From: Candidatus Omnitrophota bacterium
GTDB lineage: Bacteria; Omnitrophota; Gorgyraeia; B26-G9
Length of the DNA stretch: 64,000 nt
Direction of reading: 5' to 3'
NCBI GenBank assembly: GCA_043805415.1
Contig: JAZDHZ010000009.1
Location: 13,973 to 77,972 of the forward strand
A program made the position numbers and the translations under genes. Positions 41,500 to 51,203 of this stretch are shown piece after piece. The notes beneath the pieces are model-generated. The model ran no database searches. It saw only the letters and a program-made list of their open reading frames with translations, and was not told the origin of the DNA. Each line of letters begins with the position of its first letter. Position 1 is the first letter of the stretch.

Positions 41500-41955
41500 A
41501 TGCAAAGAAGAAAAGGTTTTACTCTGGTTGAAATACTGGTTTCAACTGCTATTATGGCGATTGCAATTACATCTACTTTGCAGATTTTAATGTATCTGTT
41601 ACAGATGAATGAAGCAAATCAGGTATCAGTTGCTTGCATGAATAGAGCTCAGGGGATCATGGATGAGATTAAAAGAGTTAATTATGATGATGTGATTACG
41701 CTTTATAATGGAAATCAATTTACTGTTGCTGAGCTGACAAGCAGGAATGTCCGCCATAGCGGAGTAATTTACGCGAATGAAATAGAAGCGGACTTTCTTA
41801 TAGATATAAAAGTAGTTATCAGCTGGGGAAATAGAAATAGAATAATCGGTGAGGATACTAATTTAAATGGGGTTTTAGACATTGGGGAAGATTTAAATGG
41901 AAATGGGCAGATTGATTCACCGGTTATGATTGAGGGCACAATCTTAAATCGGTAG
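41500..41955 (+). CDS. type IV minor pilin-like protein (module B, gene 1)
   Basis: MQRRKG|FTLVEIL prepilin motif. Homologous to 37829 (shared V.V..W.R..RI C-terminal pattern). Start moved to ATG 41500 because 41470 lies inside the terminator T-tract; GGGGGAATGGGGAAAG RBS. Confidence 0.75.
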   Translation: MQRRKGFTLVEILVSTAIMAIAITSTLQILMYLLQMNEANQVSVACMNRAQGIMDEIKRVNYDDVITLYNGNQFTVAELTSRNVRHSGVIYANEIEADFLIDIKVVISWGNRNRIIGEDTNLNGVLDIGEDLNGNGQIDSPVMIEGTILNR

Positions 41956-41974
41956 TCTTAGGGGAGACGCGAAT

Positions 41975-42625
41975 ATGATGAATAGTAAAAAAGCTTATAC
42001 TTTAGCAGAGCTTTTGGTTTCACTTGCAATTTTTACTGTAGTAATCGGTTCTTTGATGAGTATTTTAATTTCGCAAAATGCTTTTTTTAGCCGCGCCTCA
42101 GCCGCGGTAGATGTGGGGGGTAAAGCGCGCAGAGTAATGACGCTTATGGTTAAAGAACTTCGTTTGGCTAAGCAAGAGGTTGTTAATGTTTATGACCGGC
42201 CTTTAGACCAACCGGGAGTGAGTCTTGATCATACTAACGGCAAGAGCATTGTGTTTCAATTCCCTGTGGATTGGGATGGCGATGGAGATAAATTCGATGA
42301 GTGGGGGAGAATAGAATGGGGTTGTGAAGGCGGACTTGACTGGTCAATTGAATATTATTATGATAGTGTCAATCAAAGAGTAATGCGGCGTGTATGGGAT
42401 GCCGCAAATACCGCGCAGTCTGAAACTGTGGTTGCTGAAGATATCAGTAATTTTTTAATCCAAGGGTTCCAGTATGATTCATCTTTGCAGACATATATAT
42501 TGCACTCAGCTTGTGAAATTATTGAAATAAATATTACCGCGCAAAGAGATAGTATTTCAGGCAGAACATTAGATTCACCCTTGACTTATAGTTTAATTAA
42601 TCGGGTTACCTGGCGGAATAATTAA
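41975..42625 (+). CDS. type IV minor pilin-like protein (module B, gene 2; PilW-like)
   Basis: MMNSKKA|YTLAELLV motif (Ala -1, Tyr +1, Glu +5); homologous to 38281. Confidence 0.7.
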   Translation: MMNSKKAYTLAELLVSLAIFTVVIGSLMSILISQNAFFSRASAAVDVGGKARRVMTLMVKELRLAKQEVVNVYDRPLDQPGVSLDHTNGKSIVFQFPVDWDGDGDKFDEWGRIEWGCEGGLDWSIEYYYDSVNQRVMRRVWDAANTAQSETVVAEDISNFLIQGFQYDSSLQTYILHSACEIIEINITAQRDSISGRTLDSPLTYSLINRVTWRNN

Positions 42626-42650
42626 TTTTTTTTAAATAAGGAGAAACGCA

Positions 42651-45425
42651 ATGAGAATGATTACTAATAGAAAAGGAACGATTCTTGTAGCAACCTATAT
42701 GGTATTATGCGTGATCATTGTTGTTGCCAGTTCATTTTTCTCCATGGTGCTGACTGACAATAAAACAGTGGCAAGAGACAATGATGGAGCGCGAGCTTTA
42801 TCCAATGCCGAACGGGGAATTGCCTATGCTTATTTTGAAGCGAATAAAATGGGCTGGGATTGGTACACTCATGAATGGAATGGATCTAAAAAAAAATTAA
42901 TCCCTATTCCTCCAGCTCAAAGGGTGCTCACTAGGGCTGATTTGAGTTTTAACAGTGATAAATTTGTTGAACATAATTCAGGCAGTTTTATGCTCAAGGC
43001 TTATCCTGATGCTACACGTGAAAATGATACGGTTGTTGTTTCCATGGGGATTTGCGGAAAAGAGCGAAGAGTGCTGATGTATTATTTAACTCGCCGGGGA
43101 ATCTATGATTTTTTTATATACACTCCGTATGATTTAGATCTTTACGATGCCGTAGGCCATCATCCGCTGTTAAATGGCGGAGGCATACATTCAAATGGAG
43201 ATATTCATATTGATAGTTATATGCGGCTGGAAGATATTTCAGAATTAAGTGCTGGAGCAAGCGGAAATATTTACTATGAAGGAAGTCAATATATACCACC
43301 TTATTATGCTGATCGTCTGGATAGTGTGATGGATGGGAAGTCGCCCATCACAAGGCTGGATAAAATGGCTGATGTATTTCGTGATGATACGATAAATCAA
43401 GCCGGGCCATTTGGATATTATAATGCTTATGGTCAATGGCAATGGGATAGCGGAGCAACTTATTTTGTCTATACAGATAATGGCTTGAGAAATTCTTTTC
43501 AAAGTACAGAAGGGCATTTCGCGGGTTCTGTATTAGATATTTATAATGTGAATCCTGGGCAGACCAGCGGGGGTGCTAAGAATGATAGTGGCGGTATTTT
43601 AAATTCTCAAAATGCCTGGATAAAACCTTATATGCTGGATTCTGAGGGCAATCAGATTGATAAGACTTGGGTAGAGATTCCCGCGGAAATGGACACTGAA
43701 TGGGGTTGGGATAAATATGGCTGGAACAACTATGGGACTGTTGCGGGTGAGCAGCCAGTTAGTTTTTATACATATAAAGATGATGGAACTCAGGTTGATG
43801 TAGCCAATACTTATTGGGAAATAAATGCCAGCAATAAAGTGGAAATGCTTGATCCGCCAATCGGCGGGACTCCGGAAGAGTGGGCGGTTTTTAACGCGGC
43901 GCACCCAGAGGCTAAACAGTATTGGGATATGTACGCTACTCCTGAGTTTTGGAAAGCAAATTATAATAATGCTTATTATGAATATTTAGCAGATATGATT
44001 AACCCCGAAATGCTAGACGGAACTTATGGAGATGAGCGTTTAAATAGTGATATTTTGATGGTTAAGCATACAAATTCGGAAAAACAACCAGATGATTGGA
44101 AGGCTTTTCTTTCGTCTTCGGGTTTGGATGGGATAGTGCGTGATGGAAATACTGGAGGAGAGTATTTAGAACCGCCTGATTTTGATACCACATATTCACG
44201 CTTAGCGGAAAGAGATGGGCTATATATAGATTTAGATTCAAGTTTTGATGGAAATTTTGATGATTATGATGAATGGCAGGAAGTGCTGGAAAAAAGCATT
44301 GATAACGCGGTAAACTCGCTTAATCAGGGAACCGCTACGCATGATGTAGCTAAAAAAGTTAAATTTATCAACACCTTTACAGGCGAGTGGAATGTTGTTT
44401 TAGAAATAGATTTTAAGAACATGCAAACACAAAGCAGATATCCCTCCAATGGTATTTTATACACAAAAGTTCCGATTAGAATTACTAATGCCGCTGAGCT
44501 TGCCCGGGCAAAACCAAAATACGGGTTTACTATTTTAGGAGAAGAAAATATTTATCTGCAAGGAGATTATAATACTGATCAATGGGTAACCAGCGCGGTT
44601 ATTTCCAAAAAACGCATATTTACTTTGTCAGATGATTTTAATGATCCGCAGGTTAAACCAGCTTTAGAACATTATCCGGATTACCCCTATCTTTATGTTA
44701 AAGATGATGGATCTGGAAATTATGCTGAGGTGCCGAAAACAACTTCCGGCGGACAGTGGGTAATTATTGATTACTTGGACGATGATGGATTTGTTGATAA
44801 ACTAGATTATTATGCTGGAATTAATGATACAAACGAAGCTAGTTTGCGGTCAATAATCTTAGCAAAGGAAAATGACTATCGCAGTGTTTTTAATAAGCCT
44901 GATCCCAGCGGCAGTGTTGAGGATACCTGGACATGGTCTGGTACTGGAGAAAGCTATACTTCAGGGATGATGCCCAATACGGTAAGTCAGGATCATACTT
45001 ATAACGCGCTTATGTCAACTAATCGCTGGTTAGACACTTATCAGAGTAATAAAGGCGATATTCTAGAGAACTGGTCTTATCTGGTAGGGGCTAGTACTGT
45101 GAATAAACGTCGTAATTTAAACGGAGCATTTTTTGTTCTGGAAAACTCAAATGTCGGTGGATTTACTGCTGCTAATAATGAGTTTGTTGATTATCGAAAT
45201 GAGTCAGGTTTAGGTTATGATCAGCGTGGCCGTTCTGCTGGCACAGGAGATAATTTTTCATATAACAGAGGTTCTTTTTTGCGGACTTATGACGCGCAAG
45301 AAGCCATGTCCTATGATGAGCAGTTTAAAACAGCAACCAGGGCTCCTTCGGATGTGTTTTTTGGCGGAGCTGAATCTTTATGGTCTGAGACAACGGAGGC
45401 TTTCTTTTATCAGTTGAATTTCTAG
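42651..45425 (+). CDS. giant PilX_N-domain protein (924 aa), putative pilus-tip adhesin (module B, gene 3)
   Basis: N-terminal KGTILVATYMVLCVIIVVASSFFSMVL PilX_N-like helix; remainder Asp/Gly/Tyr/Trp-rich with no recognisable domain. Confidence 0.65.
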   Translation: MRMITNRKGTILVATYMVLCVIIVVASSFFSMVLTDNKTVARDNDGARALSNAERGIAYAYFEANKMGWDWYTHEWNGSKKKLIPIPPAQRVLTRADLSFNSDKFVEHNSGSFMLKAYPDATRENDTVVVSMGICGKERRVLMYYLTRRGIYDFFIYTPYDLDLYDAVGHHPLLNGGGIHSNGDIHIDSYMRLEDISELSAGASGNIYYEGSQYIPPYYADRLDSVMDGKSPITRLDKMADVFRDDTINQAGPFGYYNAYGQWQWDSGATYFVYTDNGLRNSFQSTEGHFAGSVLDIYNVNPGQTSGGAKNDSGGILNSQNAWIKPYMLDSEGNQIDKTWVEIPAEMDTEWGWDKYGWNNYGTVAGEQPVSFYTYKDDGTQVDVANTYWEINASNKVEMLDPPIGGTPEEWAVFNAAHPEAKQYWDMYATPEFWKANYNNAYYEYLADMINPEMLDGTYGDERLNSDILMVKHTNSEKQPDDWKAFLSSSGLDGIVRDGNTGGEYLEPPDFDTTYSRLAERDGLYIDLDSSFDGNFDDYDEWQEVLEKSIDNAVNSLNQGTATHDVAKKVKFINTFTGEWNVVLEIDFKNMQTQSRYPSNGILYTKVPIRITNAAELARAKPKYGFTILGEENIYLQGDYNTDQWVTSAVISKKRIFTLSDDFNDPQVKPALEHYPDYPYLYVKDDGSGNYAEVPKTTSGGQWVIIDYLDDDGFVDKLDYYAGINDTNEASLRSIILAKENDYRSVFNKPDPSGSVEDTWTWSGTGESYTSGMMPNTVSQDHTYNALMSTNRWLDTYQSNKGDILENWSYLVGASTVNKRRNLNGAFFVLENSNVGGFTAANNEFVDYRNESGLGYDQRGRSAGTGDNFSYNRGSFLRTYDAQEAMSYDEQFKTATRAPSDVFFGGAESLWSETTEAFFYQLNF

Positions 45426-45462
45426 TTTTAAAATAAATCGATATTAAATCATTGGGGGAAAT

Positions 45463-45876
45463 ATGGACCATAAAGTAAAAATAACATTAGCCACAACCGG
45501 GGTCTTGTTGTTATTGATTATTGCTACCGGACTATACTCGACGTTTAATCCTAAATCAGTCAAAACAGAGCTGCTTAATGAAATAAGCAAGACAGCGCCG
45601 GTTTATAAACAAGGATCTAAAGTAGGGTTAGGCTCAAAAGCGAAAACTAATGTTAAAGAAAACTCTTATTATTTTCTTGATAAAAAAGTTGAAAGAGCGC
45701 AAGTTGATCCCCATGACAACTTAAACGCTAACAATGATGAACTTGATGATTTTTTTGTATCGGATATTTCTGAGCCGATTGATATGGTGGCAAATTTTGA
45801 TGATGATTATGTTCAAGCGCCTGAAATTGATATATCGATGAATGAGGCTGAACTTGATCATCCGATGGAAAATTAA
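45463..45876 (+). CDS. hypothetical membrane-anchored acidic protein (module B, gene 4)
   Basis: 137 aa, N-terminal TM helix, strongly acidic C-terminal half. Confidence 0.4.
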   Translation: MDHKVKITLATTGVLLLLIIATGLYSTFNPKSVKTELLNEISKTAPVYKQGSKVGLGSKAKTNVKENSYYFLDKKVERAQVDPHDNLNANNDELDDFFVSDISEPIDMVANFDDDYVQAPEIDISMNEAELDHPMEN

Positions 45877-45941
45877 GATAAAGAAATTTAGATTTTTAGG
45901 GCTAATATGAGTTTTAGCTGATTTAAGAGGAAGAACTGAAG

Positions 45942-47234
45942 TTGACTTTTTGTTCTTCCTCTTTTATAATGGGGTCAATGCAAGTAGACAGAAATTCAAT
46001 CTATTCAGTAATTTTTTTCCGATTTGCCATTGTTACAGTGATTTTCATTGTCAATACTACGCTTTTTGGCTTGGGGCGTATCCCGGTTTATTTTATAATT
46101 ACAGCGGTTTATGGTTTGACTCTAGTTTATTCCTTGCTGAATTTAGCAAATATATTTAATCCTAAATTTTTGTATGTACAGATTTTTCTGGATTTAGTTT
46201 TAGAAACATTGCTTGTGCATTATACCGGGGGGATTAATTCAGTACTTAGTATTTTGTTTCCGCTTTCCAGTATAGCCGCGAGTATTATAATTTCACCGGC
46301 AGCGGCAATAGTTATTGCTCTTTTAGGCAGTATTATGTATGCTGGAGTAGTGACTATGGAGCAATTGAATGTTTTTGCTTTGCCGTCGATCGGGATAAAT
46401 GAGCTGGCAATGCCTGACGCGTATGTTTTCTCCTTATTGTATTTTCGGGTCACGGTGTTTATTGTGATTGGTTTTTTGAGTTCATATATTGCCGATCAGC
46501 TGAGAAAGCAAAATAAAGTTGTTTTGTCCTTACAGGAAAAATTGCGGCGAGAAGACAGGTTATCGGCGATTGGTAAGCTGGCGGCAAGTACTGCTCACGA
46601 GATACGCAATCCCTTGGCATCGATATCCGGCTGTGTGGAAGCATTAAAAGATTCAGTTGCTTTGCAAGATAAAGATAAAAAATTATTCAATCTTATTTTA
46701 AAGGAAACCGCGCGTTTAAATGATATTATTAATGGTTTGCTTGAATATGTTAAACCCAGGCAGCTAAAGCTGGAAAAAATATCAATTGATGAGCTGGTTG
46801 ATGAAGTTGTTTTTTTGCTGAAAAGCAGCAATAAATTTAAAGATGACATAGTAATTAAAAAAGAAAATTCTCTTCCGGAGATAAAAATCAGTTGCGATCC
46901 GCAGCAGATCAAACAGGTGTTATTCAATTTACTGATAAACGCGGTGGAGGCAATTGAAAAACAAGGGAAAATTATTATCCGGCAAAAAGCTAGTGAAGAT
47001 ATTGAAGGGATTGAGCTGGAGATATCGGATAATGGGATTGGAATGTCTAAAGAGCAATTAGGCACTCTTTTTGAACCATTCTCAAGTCATAAAGATAAAG
47101 GGGTCGGCTTGGGGCTGCCGATAGTAAGTACAATTATAAAAGAACACGGCGGCAGTATTAATATCCAAAGCAAGTTAGGTAAGGGCAGCACATTCCGGAT
47201 CTTCTTACCAGCTAAAATAAAAATAAAGGAATAG
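45942..47234 (+). CDS. pilS: PilS-like polytopic sensor histidine kinase
   Basis: ~6 N-terminal TM helices, HisKA (STAHEIRNPLASI), HATPase N/G1/G2 boxes; directly upstream of a sigma-54 activator. Confidence 0.75.
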   Translation: MTFCSSSFIMGSMQVDRNSIYSVIFFRFAIVTVIFIVNTTLFGLGRIPVYFIITAVYGLTLVYSLLNLANIFNPKFLYVQIFLDLVLETLLVHYTGGINSVLSILFPLSSIAASIIISPAAAIVIALLGSIMYAGVVTMEQLNVFALPSIGINELAMPDAYVFSLLYFRVTVFIVIGFLSSYIADQLRKQNKVVLSLQEKLRREDRLSAIGKLAASTAHEIRNPLASISGCVEALKDSVALQDKDKKLFNLILKETARLNDIINGLLEYVKPRQLKLEKISIDELVDEVVFLLKSSNKFKDDIVIKKENSLPEIKISCDPQQIKQVLFNLLINAVEAIEKQGKIIIRQKASEDIEGIELEISDNGIGMSKEQLGTLFEPFSSHKDKGVGLGLPIVSTIIKEHGGSINIQSKLGKGSTFRIFLPAKIKIKE

Positions 47235-47235
47235 T

Positions 47236-48588
47236 ATGCAGGCTAGAATACTTTTGGTTGATGATGAAAAAGATCTTCTTGAATGGCTGAGTATTGTTTT
47301 AGAAAAAGAAGGTTATTTGATTAAATGCGCTACTTCCGGTGAAGAAGCGCTTAAATTGTTTGGCCAAGAACAGTTTGATATGGTTATTACTGATATTCGC
47401 ATGACGCCGATTAATGGATTAGAGCTGTTAAAAAAGCTCAAAGCAATAAACCCGGAAATTATTGTTCTGATGGTTACGGCATATGCTTCTGTGGATACAG
47501 CAGTGAAAGCGCTTAGATACGGAGCCTATGATTATTTGTTTAAACCTTTTAAGCTTGATGATATAAAGCTGATTATAAGGAAGGCTTTTAGTCAAAGAAG
47601 AATATTTGCCGCGGATAAAGGTACTGAAAAGAAGTTAAAAGAGCGATATCGCTTTGCTAATATCATTGGGAAAAGCGTTCCCATGCAAAAAATATTCAAT
47701 ATGATTGATAAAATTGCCAAGACAAATACAACGGTTTTAATTAATGGCGAAAGCGGTACTGGAAAAGAACTTATTGCTAAGGCAATTCACTATAATAGTT
47801 TAAAATCAAATAAACCGTTTGTCTCGATTGATTGCGGAGCGCTGCCTGAAGAGTTGCTGGAGAGTGAGCTTTTTGGCCATGTTAAAGGTTCGTTTACCGG
47901 AGCGATTTCCAGCAAGCAGGGCTTATTTGAGGTTGCCAGCGGGGGAACTTTGTTTTTAGATGAGATTGGAGAGACTTCTCAGGCAATGCAGGCCAAAATG
48001 CTGCGGGCTCTTCAGGAGCGGGAAATTCGGCCGGTGGGAGCAACCAAAATCATAAAAGTCGATGTCAGAGTTATTGCCGCGACAAATAGAAATTTAGAAG
48101 ATGAAGTAAAGCGGGAGAATTTTCGTAAAGATCTTTTTTATCGAATCAGCGTGATTAGTCTTGGCTTGCCGAAATTAGCGCAGCGCCGGGAAGATATCGA
48201 ATTACTGGTTAATCATTTTCTTAAAAAATATCAATTGCCGGGAAAGCCGGTTAAAACCATCTCTCAAGAGTGTATGGATTTATTCATGCAATACTCCTGG
48301 CCAGGCAATGTCCGCGAGCTGGAAAACGCGATTGAAAGCGCGGTCGCGCTTTCTGAGTCTGATGAAATTAAAGTTAATGATCTTCCTGAGCGCATTTATC
48401 ATCAAGCATCTTCCGAAGAATCAGAAGCTGTGACCAGTGATTCTTTAAAAGGTAAGGTGGAGCAATTTGAAAAAGAGCTTATTATCAAGACTCTACAGGA
48501 AGTTGGCGGCAATAAAAACCTGGTGGCTAAAATTCTTAAAATGACGCGGCGTAATCTTGATTATAAGATTAAGCGTTATGAAATATGA
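47236..48588 (+). CDS. pilR: PilR-like sigma-54-dependent response regulator (NtrC family)
   Basis: Receiver domain, AAA+ sigma-54 activation domain (GESGTGKE Walker A, GSFTGA = GAFTGA-type), C-terminal Fis-type HTH. Confidence 0.85.
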   Translation: MQARILLVDDEKDLLEWLSIVLEKEGYLIKCATSGEEALKLFGQEQFDMVITDIRMTPINGLELLKKLKAINPEIIVLMVTAYASVDTAVKALRYGAYDYLFKPFKLDDIKLIIRKAFSQRRIFAADKGTEKKLKERYRFANIIGKSVPMQKIFNMIDKIAKTNTTVLINGESGTGKELIAKAIHYNSLKSNKPFVSIDCGALPEELLESELFGHVKGSFTGAISSKQGLFEVASGGTLFLDEIGETSQAMQAKMLRALQEREIRPVGATKIIKVDVRVIAATNRNLEDEVKRENFRKDLFYRISVISLGLPKLAQRREDIELLVNHFLKKYQLPGKPVKTISQECMDLFMQYSWPGNVRELENAIESAVALSESDEIKVNDLPERIYHQASSEESEAVTSDSLKGKVEQFEKELIIKTLQEVGGNKNLVAKILKMTRRNLDYKIKRYEI

Positions 48589-48883
48589 CACAAGACACCG
48601 GGACGCCAGGTCGCAAGGTAAAAGCGTAGGGCTAATGGCTGATGGTCGATGGCTAATAGTAAAAAGTAAAAACTAAAAATTCGTAATTAATAACTATAAA
48701 GGGCTAGAATAATTATTTTGGCGGGTTTAGAGCCTGATTTTGATAGGACTGGCAAAATCAGAGATCTATCCTCGGAGCTTTACAGGATGTAAAGCGAGAA
48801 TGAGCAGAAATAATTGATTCTAGACCGCCATGGATAAGCAAGACACAAGGTTTTTTAAAAACCTCAAAACCCTATCCTCTAAA

Positions 48884-48916
48884 CGCTAATCGCTAATCGC
48901 TAACCGCTATTCGCTG
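48884..48916. repeat. 7-bp tandem direct repeat CGCTAAT x ~4.7, candidate enhancer/UAS
   Basis: cgctaatcgctaatcgctaaccgctattcgctg, ~160 bp upstream of the sigma-54 promoter. Confidence 0.6.
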
Positions 48917-49075
48917 CTTTTTTGGGAAAAAGTTTTCATTGTTATAGAAAAATTTTTCCATATTTTTTTAACCTCAAAAACTATACACAAATCAACACGT
49001 GAAACTAATTACCGCAAATTACTTAATTTCAATACGTTAACGCTAAAATATTTTAAATAATAAAATAAATTAATC

Positions 49076-49092
49076 TTGGCACGCCTAGTGCT
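49076..49092 (+). promoter_or_regulatory. sigma-54 (-24/-12) promoter for the pilA cluster
   Basis: TTGGCACGcctaGTGCT: GG-N10-GC spacing with TGGCAC -24 box and TGC -12 box, ~65 bp upstream of the pilA1 ATG. Confidence 0.65.
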
Positions 49093-49156
49093 CTAATAAC
49101 ATTGGTCTTAACTATTTGATAATTTGTAATTGGTAAACAATGAAAGGGGTGTTAGT

Positions 49157-49660
49157 ATGAATCGTAAGGGCTTTACATTGGTAGAAATCATGATCGTTGT
49201 AGCTATTATTGCTTTGTTGGCAGCAATTGCTATCCCTAACCTTATGCGTGCAAGACTTAACGCAAATGAATCAGCAGCTCAGTCTACATTAAAAACTGTA
49301 GCAACAGCGGTTGAAAGTTTTAGGGCAGCGCAAACTAATCCAACTTATCCGCCTTCTTCAACTGTAGCTGGAGTTGTGGGATTAACTGATGGAACCGCGG
49401 CTTCTCCTTCTTATTGTGATGCTGGAATTTTTGCTGCAGCCGGAAGACAAGGTTATATTTTTACTTATACACAATTGGGAACAGTTCTTGGACAGCAGTA
49501 TGTTGCTTCTTGTCAGCCTGTAACTTTTGGAGTAACTGGAATAAGAACATTTTCAATTAATGAAACTGGAGTGCTTAGAGCTTCAGCAGCTAATGCAGCC
49601 GCTATAACAGCTAGTCCAATCACTACACTTGCATATGCAGCTTTGACACCTGTTCAATAA
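49157..49660 (+). CDS. pilA: type IVa major pilin PilA (paralog 1)
   Basis: MNRKG|FTLVEIMIVVAIIALLAAIAIPNL, textbook T4a prepilin N-terminus; C-terminal Cys pair; AAAGGGG RBS. Confidence 0.9.
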   Translation: MNRKGFTLVEIMIVVAIIALLAAIAIPNLMRARLNANESAAQSTLKTVATAVESFRAAQTNPTYPPSSTVAGVVGLTDGTAASPSYCDAGIFAAAGRQGYIFTYTQLGTVLGQQYVASCQPVTFGVTGIRTFSINETGVLRASAANAAAITASPITTLAYAALTPVQ

Positions 49661-49681
49661 TTGATTAAACTGAAAACTAAA

Positions 49682-49718
49682 AGAGGGATTGTATAGAAAT
49701 ATATGATCCCTCTTTTTT
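49682..49718 (+). terminator. intrinsic terminator after pilA1
   Basis: AGAGGGAT…ATCCCTCT 8-bp stem followed by TTTTTT. Confidence 0.75.
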
Positions 49719-49816
49719 ATTTCAGGTTATTGTTGAGCTGAAATATGTTTTTTGTTATAATAAATCATGGGATTTAGTTTGGGGTAATTAAGTTTTAATT
49801 AGCGAAAGGTAATAAT

Positions 49817-50320
49817 ATGGATTTAAGTAAGATTTTTTTAAATTATAGACAAAAACTGAACAAAGGATTTAGTTTGGTGGAGATTATGGTTGTGATCGCG
49901 ATCATTGCTTTAATGGCTGCGATTTCTATTCCAAATATGCTTAGGACAAAACTAAGTGCCAATGAAAAAGCAGCGCAAACTATTTTAAAAGAAGTTTCTA
50001 AAGCATGTGAAAGTTATCGGGTTACTCAGCCAGTTGTTTCTTATCCAGCGACTGTGGCTGATTTAACAACAGCTGATCCATCATATTGCGATGCTTCTAT
50101 TTTTCTGGCAAATGGATTTCGGGGATATGTTTTTAGTTTCACTGCTGGTCCCGCGGCTGCAGTTGAGGGAATTATTCAGACATTTGATTGCGGAGCGCGG
50201 CCAGCTACTGCTAATGTTACTGGTGTTCGCTGGTTTGTAATTGATGAAACCGGGGTATTAAGAGAAGACCTTAATGCTGACGGTATGGCAGATGCTTCAG
50301 ATCCCGCGATTGAAGAATAG
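49817..50320 (+). CDS. type IVa pilin paralog 2
   Basis: …KLNKG|FSLVEIMVVIAIIALMAAISIPN with 17-aa leader; Cys pair. Confidence 0.85.
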   Translation: MDLSKIFLNYRQKLNKGFSLVEIMVVIAIIALMAAISIPNMLRTKLSANEKAAQTILKEVSKACESYRVTQPVVSYPATVADLTTADPSYCDASIFLANGFRGYVFSFTAGPAAAVEGIIQTFDCGARPATANVTGVRWFVIDETGVLREDLNADGMADASDPAIEE

Positions 50321-50372
50321 GGCGGATTGTGCTAAATGTATATAATAAAATCGTAAAAGAAAGAATTATGGG

Positions 50373-50849
50373 ATGTGTCTAAGACTAAATTATGGTTTTA
50401 CGCTTGTGGAAATACTAATTGTTGTAGCCATAATTGCCATGCTTGCGGCTTTAGCAAGTCCAAATCTTTTATACGCGCGTTTAAATGCCAATGAAGCAAA
50501 TGCTCAGGGAAGTTTAAAAGTTATAGGAAGCGCTTGTGAGAGTTTTCGGCTTGTTCAGGTTATTCCGCAATTCCCGGCTGATTTAGCCGCTTTAACGGAT
50601 GATGATCCGCCTTATCTAGCGAGTATTATAGATACCGCGACAATCGGGGCTCCTAAAAACGGTTATAATTATACTTATACCAGAATTGGTTTTCAGCAAT
50701 TTGTTTGCTGCGCGACTCCTGCTATTTATAAGGCAACTGGGAGCAGGACTTTTGCTTTAAATGAATCCGGAGTGATTAGAGCAATTGATAATAATGGAGT
50801 TATTATTAATACTGAAGCTGGATATCTTGCAATGACTCCGACAAATTGA
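50373..50849 (+). CDS. type IVa pilin paralog 3
   Basis: …LNYG|FTLVEILIVVAIIAMLAALASPNL; Cys pair. Confidence 0.8.
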   Translation: MCLRLNYGFTLVEILIVVAIIAMLAALASPNLLYARLNANEANAQGSLKVIGSACESFRLVQVIPQFPADLAALTDDDPPYLASIIDTATIGAPKNGYNYTYTRIGFQQFVCCATPAIYKATGSRTFALNESGVIRAIDNNGVIINTEAGYLAMTPTN

Positions 50850-51203
50850 TAAGTAGCTAATTAAGTATAGAATTATTTTTTTACGTAAGTCATTTAAAAT
50901 AATGATTTTCATTGACAAAAATAAAAAAAAATGGTAAATTAAAAAAGTAATATATTGATGAAATATGTTTACTCATAAAAATGGAGTTTGAGAAATGACA
51001 GGGAAATGTCTTTCTATAAGAAGAAGCAAAATACCCGCTGATTCTTTATCTATCTGCAATGATGGTTTTTTTAAATTTTTTTCAAATTCTCTATCTTTAT
51101 TCTCCAACAAAGCTTATAATTTTCAGGTGCATGCAAAAAAAGATGCCAGCATTATGGTTTGCTGGGTGTGTCGCGGTAGTCTAAAAAAAGGATCTAGGCG
51201 GCA

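Noticed and set aside
48849-48866. Palindrome AGGTTTTTTAAAAAACCT after pilR as a bidirectional terminator
   Set aside because: The stem is almost entirely A/T with no GC clamp. It is unlikely to form a stable terminator hairpin and may be coincidental in AT-rich DNA.
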